From: Candidatus Kapaibacterium sp.
Lineage (GTDB): Bacteria > Bacteroidota > Ignavibacteria > Kapaibacteriales > Kapaibacteriaceae
Assembly: GCA_044345485.1 (NCBI GenBank)
Contig: JBIJAX010000002.1
Coordinates: 3,501 to 67,500, forward strand
Direction of reading: 5' to 3'
Length of the DNA: 64,000 nucleotides
Both the position numbers and the translations under genes were made by a program. The notes beneath the pieces are model-generated. The model saw nothing but the letters and a program-made list of their open reading frames with translations, made no database searches and was not told where the DNA came from. Below, piece after piece: positions 1-8,903 of the stretch (position 1 is its first letter; every line of letters starts with the position of its first letter).

Positions 1-1030
1 CTATGTCAAGGGTGCGTTGATAATGTGGAATAACAAACGCGAGCTCATTCCAGAGATCGTTCTGAGTGCACTCCTCATGTTCAAGTCGCTGGTCGAACAT
101 TCGGATAGTGTTGTATGCTAGGTAGTTCAAATCAGGATGATTGTGCAGACGCAGGTAGGTTACATCGGTCCACGCCGGCTGCGGATCATCAGGTGGCCAG
201 TCAGCAAATGCTCCCGGAATTCTTAGTACCGCTCCGTCCGGTGAAACACCCTTGACCCCGTATTGATCTGTTGCAACGCAACTTGGAGGGGTATGAAAGA
301 GCCTTCTGTATGTTAGGTCCGGCTCGGGCAGGTTGCAACGTTCTCCGCCGTTAACCATTTCATGAATTCCCCGCAGAACGTCAGCAGAAAATGTCGGTGC
401 AGCGAATGAGAATTGATGCTGATCCTTGATCCAATAGAACCACTCTGGGTTTCGCAACGCCAGGTCGGAGTCTCGACTAGCTGTTCGAAGCACAACTTCG
501 ATCACTACCCGGATTCCTGCTGCATGCAAGGCCTCGACCATAGCTTTTGCCTGCTGCTCAACAGACATCATCAGTCCTGGCTCAGCAAGGTCCTCGTCAA
601 GTAGAAAGGGATTTTTTACGGCGTATGGTGAGCCCAACGATCCCTTGCGTCCAAAGACACCACGAGCAAAGATTGGCAACAAGACAACCTGCGTAACGCC
701 AATTGACTGTAGATATGGAATAAGTGCGATGAACTTGAGAAATGTTCCCGTAGTCTTCCATGAATTGTTGTCTACGTGTGATGCGTTGGGTTTGTAATGA
801 TGAAACGCCGTTACATGACGAATCATGGCATTGTAGATCAGCTCACGCGTAGGTTTCGGTCTGCCGTACCCGATGCTCCCTATCCTATCAGTGAAATAAG
901 CGGCTCCCGATGAAAACTCTACCTCCTCGTTAGCATCAACCCATGCACCGGGAACCCAGAATGGCTCGGAATCAAACCGAGATAGCTGGGAGAGCTGCCG
1001 TCGCAGCTCGTCAAGATTCGGCGTCTGCAT
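1..1030 (-). CDS. alpha-amylase superfamily (GH13, GlgE-like) protein, N-terminal part only; gene runs off the window start
   Basis: This gene is absent from the ORF track because it has no stop codon inside the window. My manual minus-strand translation stays open from ATG 1030-1028 down to base 1. It reads MQTPNLDELRRQL...LQSIGVTQVVLLPIFARGVFGRKGSLGSPYAVKNPF...AAGIRVVIEVVLRTAS...NPEWFYW. This resembles the beta2-beta3 region of GH13/GlgE-type (beta/alpha)8 enzymes. The start overlaps the uvrC stop by 20 nt. Confidence 0.55.
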   Translation of the reverse strand, partial: MQTPNLDELRRQLSQLSRFDSEPFWVPGAWVDANEEVEFSSGAAYFTDRIGSIGYGRPKPTRELIYNAMIRHVTAFHHYKPNASHVDNNSWKTTGTFLKFIALIPYLQSIGVTQVVLLPIFARGVFGRKGSLGSPYAVKNPFLLDEDLAEPGLMMSVEQQAKAMVEALHAAGIRVVIEVVLRTASRDSDLALRNPEWFYWIKDQHQFSFAAPTFSADVLRGIHEMVNGGERCNLPEPDLTYRRLFHTPPSCVATDQYGVKGVSPDGAVLRIPGAFADWPPDDPQPAWTDVTYLRLHNHPDLNYLAYNTIRMFDQRLEHEECTQNDLWNELAFVIPHYQRTLDI

Positions 1031-2882
1031 CGTCTGCCTGGATGTCAAAATACCGTCGCACACGATTAGCAACGGCAGGTCCTACAACATCACGCAAATC
1101 TTCTCCTGATGCAAGACGCACAGCCTCGACTGAGCCGAATGAACGAAGCAGCTTTTCAGCTGACACCGCACCAACACCCGGTATATCTTCAAGTTCTGTA
1201 TGAAGCGTTCGTTTTTCGCGGAGCTTGCGATGATAGCGAACTGCGAATCTGTGCGCTTCATCACGAGCCTGCTGAAGCAATCGCAAACTTGAGCTCGTCT
1301 TAGCTATGAATAGCGGAAGCGAAGACCCTGTCGTAAAGATCTCTTCCAGGCGTTTAGCGAGTCCGATCACCACAAACTTTCCTCGCAGACCGAGCCCATC
1401 GAGCACTTCCATGGCGTGAGAAAGTTGCCCCTTACCACCGTCAATAATGAGGAGATCTGGGTAGATGCATTCTACTTGATCATCCTTGGGGGTGAACCGT
1501 CTTGTGAGCACTTCTTTCATTGCCTCGAAGTCATCATTACCTGCTAGCGTCTTAAGCTTATAGTGCCTGTATTCAGACTTACGGGGCTTACCGTCGATAA
1601 ACGTGACAATCGACGACACATAATCGGTTCCCTGCATGTGAGAGTTGTCAACACACTCGATTCTTCGGGGTAGAGCCTCTATGCGGAGATCTTTCTGTAG
1701 CGTAAGTACCGCTCGCGAAACACTTTGATCCTTTTCAGCCTGCTGTGCGAGATACTCTCGAAGTTGTACGTCCGCATTTTGCTCGGCCAGTGCAACAAGC
1801 TTTCGTTTATCTCCAATCCGGGGAACAATCAACCCAACGCTCTTCCCTGCTCGTTGCCGTACAAATTGCGCCAGACTTCCATCATCTTCGATGTCGTTCT
1901 GAAGAAGAACTTCGTCTGGGAATGTTTCAGCCTCAGCATACCATTGCTCGATGGTACGTATGAGTACATCGTTGTCATGCTCATCCGATATGTTCGGAAT
2001 GATAAAGTGCCGTTTGCCTATGAGCTTACCATCACGAATCATGAGCACGATACTGCACCCAACGCTCTCAGAGCGTACGAATGCAAACACATCTTGATCA
2101 GCTTCACTGTTTGCCAGCACTTTCTGTTTCGCCGTGTATTCGCGAAGCTTTTCAAGCCTCTGCCGAACAACTACTGCGTCCTCAAAACGCATATCATCAG
2201 ACAGTTGAAACATCCGCTGCTCTAACTGGCGCTCGAGGTCTTTTGTTTTTCCTTGAAGTACCTGCTGCACCTGCTTGATATGCTGATTGTACTCCTCTGC
2301 TGCAGAATAGCCTTGACATGGGCCGTCACATTTTTTGATATGATAATCAAGACAGACCTTCCATTTGCCGTCACGGACACCCTGCTCAGATAACGGAAGG
2401 TCACAGGAGCGAAGAGGAAATATGCTTCTGATTGACTTTAACAGATAAAAGAGATACGTGCCATCAGTATACGGACCGAAGTACTTGCTACCATCTTTTA
2501 TTATCGTTCGAGTTTTGAATACCCTGGGATAGGCTTCTTTGGTGATTCGTATAAACGGATACGACTTATCATCTTTCAGCAGAATATTATACTTCGGACG
2601 GTGCTGTTTGATGAGTGTGTTTTCCAGAATGAAGGCCTCTACCTCGGTATCAGTAACAATGATATCCAGATCGCTGATCTGTCGGACCAGCACAGCGGTT
2701 TTGGCATCGACAGGTCGTCCTTCTTGAAAATAAGACCTGACCCTGTTGCGGAGATTCTTGGCCTTGCCAACGTAAATGATGGTACCTTTTCCATCCTTGT
2801 GGAGATATACTCCTGGCCTTGCAGGCAGATGGTCGAGTTTCTGCTGCAGAGATTCAGAAATGGCTGCTGAAAGGTTCTTCAC
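1011..2882 (-). CDS. uvrC: excinuclease ABC subunit C (UvrC)
   Basis: The ORF is 623 aa. It has an N-terminal GIY-YIG motif (GVYLHKDGKGTIIYVGKAKNLRNRVRSYF) and a C-terminal helix-hairpin-helix pair (IPGVGAVSAEKLLRSFGS). The apparent start codon is GTG. Confidence 0.95.
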   Translation of the reverse strand: MKNLSAAISESLQQKLDHLPARPGVYLHKDGKGTIIYVGKAKNLRNRVRSYFQEGRPVDAKTAVLVRQISDLDIIVTDTEVEAFILENTLIKQHRPKYNILLKDDKSYPFIRITKEAYPRVFKTRTIIKDGSKYFGPYTDGTYLFYLLKSIRSIFPLRSCDLPLSEQGVRDGKWKVCLDYHIKKCDGPCQGYSAAEEYNQHIKQVQQVLQGKTKDLERQLEQRMFQLSDDMRFEDAVVVRQRLEKLREYTAKQKVLANSEADQDVFAFVRSESVGCSIVLMIRDGKLIGKRHFIIPNISDEHDNDVLIRTIEQWYAEAETFPDEVLLQNDIEDDGSLAQFVRQRAGKSVGLIVPRIGDKRKLVALAEQNADVQLREYLAQQAEKDQSVSRAVLTLQKDLRIEALPRRIECVDNSHMQGTDYVSSIVTFIDGKPRKSEYRHYKLKTLAGNDDFEAMKEVLTRRFTPKDDQVECIYPDLLIIDGGKGQLSHAMEVLDGLGLRGKFVVIGLAKRLEEIFTTGSSLPLFIAKTSSSLRLLQQARDEAHRFAVRYHRKLREKRTLHTELEDIPGVGAVSAEKLLRSFGSVEAVRLASGEDLRDVVGPAVANRVRRYFDIQADDADAES

Positions 2883-2951
2883 GAAACAAATCTACGGTCT
2901 TTGTTTGGAGCAAACACCCTAGTGCTATATTGTACGGGTCTAGTCATCTAC

Positions 2952-2956
2952 AGGAG
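2952..2956 (+). promoter_or_regulatory. Shine-Dalgarno site (AGGAG) for the AAA+ gene
   Basis: AGGAG lies 7 nt upstream of ATG 2964. The track start at 2901 is a TTG with no comparable site. Confidence 0.5.
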
Positions 2957-2963
2957 AAAACCA

Positions 2964-4280
2964 ATGGCGAAGCAGCAAAACGCTTTGGGATCCATAGAAG
3001 CAATCGCCAAGGAACTCAAGGACGCAGCCTGGTTTATCGGCCAGCGCGTGATTAACCGGGAAGAGGTAATCGAACAGGCCATCTGCGCATTGTTAACCGC
3101 CGAGCATATGCTGCTCCAGAGCCGGACCGGTGTTGGAAAGTCTCTACTTGCCGAGCAGATCTTCAACATGTTTGAAGGAGCTCGACTCTTTCGCGTTCAA
3201 GCATCAAAAGAGCAGCAACCTGATACATTTTTCGGCGGTCTCGATCTCGAACAGTTAAAGACCGGCCGAATCATTCATAATACAAACGGCTCCCTAGTAG
3301 AAAGCGAATTTGGATTTATCGACGAGATCTTTGATGCCAACGATTTTACACTTCGGGCATTGCTGTCGCTTTTAAACGAGCGTAGACTTATGAGGGGCGT
3401 GCAGGACGTGCATTCGCCACTTCATACTGTTATCGCAGCAACGAACTACCTACGCGTGAGCGAGGTTACAGAAGCGCTACTTGATCGATTCTTGTTCAAG
3501 GCGGTCATTCTGCCAGATAAGGACCCGTTTGTTCAGTATCAGATTTCACAGCGCTATCTGCAACACGGAGGCAAACCCATTGCACCGCCTAAGAAGATTT
3601 CATTCGAACGTCTGCAGCATATGCATAGAATGATCTCTGGCCGCAGTGAAGAATACTCTATTGAGATCTCGAACGAAGTACTCTACTTTACAAACATTGT
3701 TATCAGGCACTTCGAGTTTCTGCGCAACAGGCAGCTTCACGAGCATGTGAAATCTCATGATAGCTCAGATTTCTACATTTCACCCAGAACACAAGCCAAG
3801 TCTCTAGATTTGCTGCGAGCACTCGCGCTGTTAAAGGGACGCAGCCATGTTGTTCATGACGATGTGAGCAGACTCTACTTTGTGTTTGCGACTGTTGGCT
3901 TGCCAGAGGAAATCGCCACGTTTAAAAAGTCCTATTCAACAGTACTGAATTCCCTCACAGCGGCAAGGGGCTTTGACCAGATTACGATGCTGCTGGACTT
4001 CACAAATCTGCTTCGCGACATCAAAGAAGAACCTACACTCATGTTGCGACCACTCTCTCAGTTTGCTGATGCCGCTGTGCGCAGAACGTTTTTTGAATGG
4101 GTGAAGGAAAAGTTTGGCAGTGAGCAGCCTCAAGAACAGAACAAGAAGATTTTGGAGCAGTTCTTAACTGACTTTGTTCCGGTCTGCGACGAGGTTCGTG
4201 AACTAAAACACAGCGTTGAGAAGACGCTACAATCAACCCTCATAAGCGTCGAACGCGAACTCAATCGAATGGAACAGTAG
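2964..4280 (+). CDS. AAA+ ATPase, MoxR/RavA-like
   Basis: Walker A is SRTGVGKS and Walker B is FGFIDEIFD. These are followed by NDFTLRALLSLLNERRL, sensor-1 VIAATN and LLDRF, which together give a RavA/MoxR-type signature. A helical C-terminal extension of about 190 aa follows. I moved the start to ATG 2964 (MAKQQNALG), which is preceded by AGGAG. Confidence 0.8.
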   Translation: MAKQQNALGSIEAIAKELKDAAWFIGQRVINREEVIEQAICALLTAEHMLLQSRTGVGKSLLAEQIFNMFEGARLFRVQASKEQQPDTFFGGLDLEQLKTGRIIHNTNGSLVESEFGFIDEIFDANDFTLRALLSLLNERRLMRGVQDVHSPLHTVIAATNYLRVSEVTEALLDRFLFKAVILPDKDPFVQYQISQRYLQHGGKPIAPPKKISFERLQHMHRMISGRSEEYSIEISNEVLYFTNIVIRHFEFLRNRQLHEHVKSHDSSDFYISPRTQAKSLDLLRALALLKGRSHVVHDDVSRLYFVFATVGLPEEIATFKKSYSTVLNSLTAARGFDQITMLLDFTNLLRDIKEEPTLMLRPLSQFADAAVRRTFFEWVKEKFGSEQPQEQNKKILEQFLTDFVPVCDEVRELKHSVEKTLQSTLISVERELNRMEQ

Positions 4281-5846
4281 ATGAGTTTGCGAACGGATAT
4301 AGAAACATCCTCGTTCCTCTCTCAAATGGAGGAATTTGGGTTCTTTGATACCGTTGAGCACCACTTACCCGATGCCTTCACGCTCATCTATGAGATTGCC
4401 CGAATCCTAGAAGACAAGTCGCATCTCATATCTGCATCGCTAGCACCAATTCTTGAACTCCACGATCCACTTGCTGAGCGCGACAGCGTGGATACGATTG
4501 CTGTGCCTCATGTTCCAGAGGCAAAGGAGTACGAGGCAGACCTGATAACAAGCGTTACAGAAGTACGGTACATCTATCCATATCAGCACTTGCTGCCCGA
4601 GCCGGTCTTCCTTAGGAAACTTGCTGAGCGCTCTCTGTGGATGCCACGTGCTAAGACGCCCAAGAACTATCGTTATCAGTCGGAAAGCGATCGTTTTGCA
4701 CCCGACGATCGGAAACAGAAAGTATACATTCTGTTTGATACATCGAATTCGATGCAGCATCATTTTCGAATTCATCTCGCAAAGGCAATAGCGTATCTCT
4801 TCCTTCGCAAAAATCAACGCGAACTTGGGACGGTGTTTTTTCGAACCTTCGATCTACAGATCGGCGAACTCCAAACTGCTAGAGACTTACCAAGTTTCGA
4901 GCGCCTCATTAGCGAGATGATGCATTTGAATGCGGCCGGCAATGGCACGTCGCTTCAAAAAGCGCTACAAACTGCTATCGATGACATATCACACGAAAGT
5001 CAGCTTAGCCATGCGCAGATACTCGTAATCACGGATGGTGTAGCTCATATTGACTTAGAGTCATTGCAAGAACAGCTTGGGTCTCAGATAACAGTAAATA
5101 CGGTAAAGATCGGGTCTTCGAGAGTCCAACTCGACAATGTGATTATCGAGGGGATTCTCTCGACATCGCAAAGTTCTGCAGCACTGCATATTCGAGAACT
5201 CCTTCAAAAGAAGAAAGACATCGAGGGACAGCTACGCGGTGTCTCTGGGCAGCATCGAGCTGCAGCATTGAAAGCCAATCTCGAGTCTGTCACGAATCTG
5301 ATCAGGGTCCAAACAGAAAAGTTTTCGGGTCAGCTTGCAGAAAAGTATGGCCTTGAAATTGAGAAACTCAGCACTGTATATGTACAGGTTGACGATATCT
5401 CGCCCTTTGAACTGTTTTCCCTGCCGGAATCAAAAGTTGTTGAGTTTGAGGAATTAGCCTCATCACTGCTTCAGGCACTGCAGACTGAGCGTCAGGTCGA
5501 GGATATTCAGCGTGCAGCGATCCTATACGACCATCTCAAGCTGTTGATGAAATACAACAAAATCGATGCACCACGCTTTGAACAAGCAGCACAGGAACTT
5601 GAGCGTATGCTCGACCATATCCTGAACAAGCCAAGCACATCTTCGGACGAGGTACCGATCAGCGATCTCGAGCGCGCGCAGCTTCGCAATAAGCTTGACT
5701 CAGGTTCAATCAAATCATCAATCTCAATAGCCATGATGTTGCGTCTAACGTGGCTAAAGCTGGTGCAGTGGTGGCGAACCCGACGGCAGCTTCGAGCATT
5801 TACACTGCTGCGTGGACGCAAGATCCAGCCTCGTAAATACCGTTAA
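4281..5846 (+). CDS. von Willebrand factor A (vWA) domain protein with intact MIDAS, partner of the upstream AAA+ ATPase
   Basis: The ATG follows the upstream TAG directly. MIDAS residues are visible in KVYILFDTSNSM ... AAGNGTSLQKAL ... ILVITDGV. The N-terminal 150 aa or so are unassigned. The C-terminal part is charge-rich and coiled-coil-like, ending in a basic hydrophobic tail (MMLRLTWLKLVQWWRTRRQLR). Confidence 0.8.
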   Translation: MSLRTDIETSSFLSQMEEFGFFDTVEHHLPDAFTLIYEIARILEDKSHLISASLAPILELHDPLAERDSVDTIAVPHVPEAKEYEADLITSVTEVRYIYPYQHLLPEPVFLRKLAERSLWMPRAKTPKNYRYQSESDRFAPDDRKQKVYILFDTSNSMQHHFRIHLAKAIAYLFLRKNQRELGTVFFRTFDLQIGELQTARDLPSFERLISEMMHLNAAGNGTSLQKALQTAIDDISHESQLSHAQILVITDGVAHIDLESLQEQLGSQITVNTVKIGSSRVQLDNVIIEGILSTSQSSAALHIRELLQKKKDIEGQLRGVSGQHRAAALKANLESVTNLIRVQTEKFSGQLAEKYGLEIEKLSTVYVQVDDISPFELFSLPESKVVEFEELASSLLQALQTERQVEDIQRAAILYDHLKLLMKYNKIDAPRFEQAAQELERMLDHILNKPSTSSDEVPISDLERAQLRNKLDSGSIKSSISIAMMLRLTWLKLVQWWRTRRQLRAFTLLRGRKIQPRKYR

Positions 5847-7177
5847 ATGGATGAGCGCCGTCCAACCGAGTGATACTCAAAGCCAAGCTCGGCCATGACG
5901 TCTACGTCGTAGATATTTCTTCCATCAAAGATTACGGGCTGTTTCAATAACAATGAGACTTTCGCGAAGTCCGGCTCCTTAAACTCATTCCATTCCGTTG
6001 CAATGATGAGCGCATCGGCCTGATCTAATGCCGCATATGCTGACTCTGCGTACGCGACATTGTTACCCAATATCACTCCGGCAGTTTCCTTGGCTTCTGG
6101 ATCAAAAGCTGTAACCGTTGCCCCAGCAGCCAGCAGAGCGTTGATGATTACAAAAGAAGGGGCTTCTCGCACGTCATCGGTATTAGGCTTAAATGCTAAG
6201 CCCCATACCGCAAAGTGCCGTCCCGTGAGCTGCCCACCAAAGCGATCAACAACTCTTTGTACAAATCGTCGTACCTGTTGATCATTCACAGCTTTTGTTG
6301 CCTGGATGATCTCGAGAGGAGCTCCAACTTCATTCGCTGCATGTATAATGGCTTTCACATCCTTCGGGAAGCAACTTCCGCCATAACCTATACCTGCATA
6401 GAGAAATCTACTGCCTATGCGCGGATCGCTTCCAATTCCGATGCGAACGCTTTCGATATCTGCACCAACAATCTCACAATACTCCGACAAGTCGTTCATG
6501 AAGGAAATCTTCATAGCCAAATAAGCATTAGCGGCATACTTTGCTATCTCAGAGCTCTTCTCATCAAACACGAGAAGCTGTGCGCCCCGTCCAATAAAGG
6601 CCGAATAGATTGACTTCATAACAGAGACAGCATGGGCACTGCGAGTACCTACGATGATGCGGTCTGGATTCATAAAATCCTGCACTGCAAACCCTTCACG
6701 AAGAAACTCGGGGTTGCTTACCACATCAACATGCCGACCCGGTGCTTTTGATGAAAAGATCGCAGCAACTTTCGCGGCAGTACCAACTGGAACGGTGCTT
6801 TTATTGACAACTATTCGGGGCTCTGTGATATCGAGCTCAACAAGCAACTCGGCTACACGCTCCGCCGCACTCATCACCATTGCGAGGTCTGCCTGGCCGT
6901 CCTTTCCAGGGGGCGTAGGTAAACAGAACATCAGTATATCACATGAACGAACTGCCTCAGAAAGATCCAGTGAGAAGTCGATCCGCTGTTCACGAATAGC
7001 CCGAGCAAGTACAATGTCTAAGCCAGGCTCGTAAATCGGCACTTGCCCCTGACGGAGGCGCTCGATTTTTTTGGGGTCAACGTCGATACAGAGAACATCA
7101 TTGCCAACGTCAGCAAGGCAGGCACCTGTAACCAGACCTACATACCCAGTTCCTATTACTGCTATTCTCTGTGCCAT
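5843..7177 (-). CDS. ugd: UDP-glucose 6-dehydrogenase
   Basis: The ORF is 444 aa. It has an N-terminal Rossmann motif (IAVIGTGYVGLVTGACLA) and the catalytic-cysteine motif GGSCFPKDV. Confidence 0.93.
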   Translation of the reverse strand: MAQRIAVIGTGYVGLVTGACLADVGNDVLCIDVDPKKIERLRQGQVPIYEPGLDIVLARAIREQRIDFSLDLSEAVRSCDILMFCLPTPPGKDGQADLAMVMSAAERVAELLVELDITEPRIVVNKSTVPVGTAAKVAAIFSSKAPGRHVDVVSNPEFLREGFAVQDFMNPDRIIVGTRSAHAVSVMKSIYSAFIGRGAQLLVFDEKSSEIAKYAANAYLAMKISFMNDLSEYCEIVGADIESVRIGIGSDPRIGSRFLYAGIGYGGSCFPKDVKAIIHAANEVGAPLEIIQATKAVNDQQVRRFVQRVVDRFGGQLTGRHFAVWGLAFKPNTDDVREAPSFVIINALLAAGATVTAFDPEAKETAGVILGNNVAYAESAYAALDQADALIIATEWNEFKEPDFAKVSLLLKQPVIFDGRNIYDVDVMAELGFEYHSVGRRSSI

Positions 7178-7210
7178 CGCCGTTAACTCGCCGTTCGTTG
7201 AGAGACTGCC

Positions 7211-7396
7211 TTAGATACCAACCTTGACCCACAAGATGCGTATTGCTATCATGAGAATTAGCAATATCGTGATCATGAGAGCAACTTTTACAAGCTTTTT
7301 CACCAGCGAATAACAGATCGACAGAAGAAGAAAGCCCAGAATGTACTTTCCTACTGTGGGTAGACTCGTGACCATGCTTACAAGCGTATCGATCAT
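7211..7396 (-). CDS. small integral membrane protein (two predicted TM helices), unknown function
   Basis: The 61-aa ORF has two hydrophobic stretches (YILGFLLLSICYSLV and ALMITILLILMIAIRILWV). Its ATG overlaps the upstream stop as ATGA (7393-7396), which supports it being a real gene. Confidence 0.45.
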   Translation of the reverse strand: MIDTLVSMVTSLPTVGKYILGFLLLSICYSLVKKLVKVALMITILLILMIAIRILWVKVGI

Positions 7397-8145
7397 CGGT
7401 AGCTTACCCGAAATGTGATTAGGCCTTCCATAACAGTGCTTGTTTGGAGCTTATTGAATCGCCAGCGCCGAAGTGCTGAAAGTGCTGCTTGTTCAACGGC
7501 TTTGTTGCCAGACTTTGTCTTTACTTCCGCAAACACAACAGTACCATCGGGTGCAACTCGGAACAACAAGGTGATCTTCGTGTTGAGATGACCAGGTGGG
7601 AAATTCGGAATGACTTTGTTCTCTACAGTTCGATTTCCGCCACCGCCCCAATCGATGTCACCAAAGCCATCTCCCTTGCCTTTGCCCATTCCAAGTGAGC
7701 CGAGTCCAGCCCCATCATTATCTCCAAAGCTAGTACCGATTGAATTGTCTGCCGATGCATCAGCAGATTTAGAGGCTCCAGTGCCTGCCTGGGCCACAGC
7801 CACAACTTTCCCGGACTGTGTAATGTCCTTTGCAGATGTAGACGATTGACCTGTTGACCGTTGAGCATCTGCCAGTGGATTTGTCGCAGACGCACCTTTC
7901 TGTGCCGCTCCCTCAGGAGTGAGATTTCCCTTTCTAGCACCCGTGCCATCGCCGGAGCCAAGGCGCAGAAGGACTATTGGAGGAGGACGGTGCACGATGA
8001 TTTCCCTGGTCGAACGCAGGTCTGCGCACGTGCTTAGGGCTAGTATCACCGACACAATGATCAATGCTCCTACAAACCCACGAAGGGTATTCGGATTCCA
8101 AACAAGTTGAATATTGAATGTTGGCTGGTCTTGATATCGCGTCAT
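7393..8145 (-). CDS. TonB C-terminal domain protein (bitopic, energy-transducer-like)
   Basis: It has an N-terminal TM segment (FVGALIIVSVILALS) and a Gly/Ser/Ala-rich linker. The C-terminal segment is TonB_C-like (VIPNFPPGHLNTKITLLFRVAPDGTVVFAEVKTKSGNKAVEQAALSALRRWRF). I moved the start to ATG 8145, which forms an ATGA overlap with the upstream stop. Confidence 0.6.
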   Translation of the reverse strand: MTRYQDQPTFNIQLVWNPNTLRGFVGALIIVSVILALSTCADLRSTREIIVHRPPPIVLLRLGSGDGTGARKGNLTPEGAAQKGASATNPLADAQRSTGQSSTSAKDITQSGKVVAVAQAGTGASKSADASADNSIGTSFGDNDGAGLGSLGMGKGKGDGFGDIDWGGGGNRTVENKVIPNFPPGHLNTKITLLFRVAPDGTVVFAEVKTKSGNKAVEQAALSALRRWRFNKLQTSTVMEGLITFRVSYR

Positions 8146-8900
8146 CGTGCCCGATTGATCCACGCATTACGAAAGCCCATTGTCTGAGCAATTTGCTCAG
8201 CCTCTTGCCGAGAGGTAAACCGTCCAAAGCGAACTCGATACCAAAGTTGCCCCTGCTTTTCAATCATCTCAATTCGAGAGTCCTCAACATTTTTTCTTCG
8301 AAGGCGATCATTCCATTCATCCGCATCATCGGCGTTTGTGGACGCAAACACCTGCACGCACCATTCCTGTGCACCAGAGAATGATGATCGAGTCGTAGGC
8401 TTTGGCGCTGAGGGCACAACGGTAGTAACGGGTTCTTCAGAACGCGCTTCATGCTGAACGCTGGGGCCATTCGAATGTTTGCGGAGCGAAGGTGAAGGTC
8501 GAGATGCAACTGCACCGCTGGCCAGCGATTGAACATCTGACGGCGTCTGACTCGCAGGTTGTGGCGTCTGAACCTCAGCAACATCCAATGCTGTATCTGT
8601 TTGCGTTGTGGCAGCGTTGACAGGGTTTCTTGTGCTGCGCTTAGACGTGACAACCTGCTCAGACTGCGGTTCTCGAACTACCCACGTTACGACCAACCCA
8701 ACTGCTGTAAGAAAGAAGAGGATAAGGAAGAGGACCGCTCGTTTGGGTGAACTTGCACGAGAAGATCTTACACTCGGTGGCAGCGGCGTAGGTGGCTGAT
8801 AACTTGACACAGGCTCGGCCACCTTTACCTGACGCGGTAAGAAGCCATCATCCATCGTGTCAAACGAGTCGTCAGACCAATTTGGGTCGGTTGTAGACAT
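8142..8900 (-). CDS. SPOR domain protein (peptidoglycan-binding), bitopic
   Basis: It has a TM segment (AVLFLILFFLTAVGLVVTWVV) and a Pro/Ser/Thr-rich linker. The C-terminal part is SPOR-like (WCVQVFASTNADDADEWNDRLRRKN...GQLWYRVRFGRFTSRQEAEQIAQTMGF). Confidence 0.7.
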   Translation of the reverse strand: MSTTDPNWSDDSFDTMDDGFLPRQVKVAEPVSSYQPPTPLPPSVRSSRASSPKRAVLFLILFFLTAVGLVVTWVVREPQSEQVVTSKRSTRNPVNAATTQTDTALDVAEVQTPQPASQTPSDVQSLASGAVASRPSPSLRKHSNGPSVQHEARSEEPVTTVVPSAPKPTTRSSFSGAQEWCVQVFASTNADDADEWNDRLRRKNVEDSRIEMIEKQGQLWYRVRFGRFTSRQEAEQIAQTMGFRNAWINRAR

Positions 8901-8903
8901 ACC

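Noticed and set aside
1725-2225. Long antisense or alternate-frame ORFs inside well-supported genes. Examples are 1725-2225 (+), 4440-4817 (-), 6215-6613 (+), 8264-8653 (-), 35849-36274 (+), 38573-39028 (+) and 47124-47495 (-).
   Set aside because: Each lies entirely within a gene that has strong family motifs. Each has low-complexity or Arg/Ser/Cys-rich composition typical of out-of-frame translation. None has its own ribosome-binding site.
2901-2963. N-terminal extensions given by the ORF track. Examples are 2901, 13642, 20232, 26787, 26937, 30275, 34236, 40861, 58844 and 58690.
   Set aside because: These come from taking the first ATG/GTG/TTG in the open frame. Downstream starts fit better on several counts: Shine-Dalgarno sites, ATGA junctions, signal peptides and conserved family N-termini.
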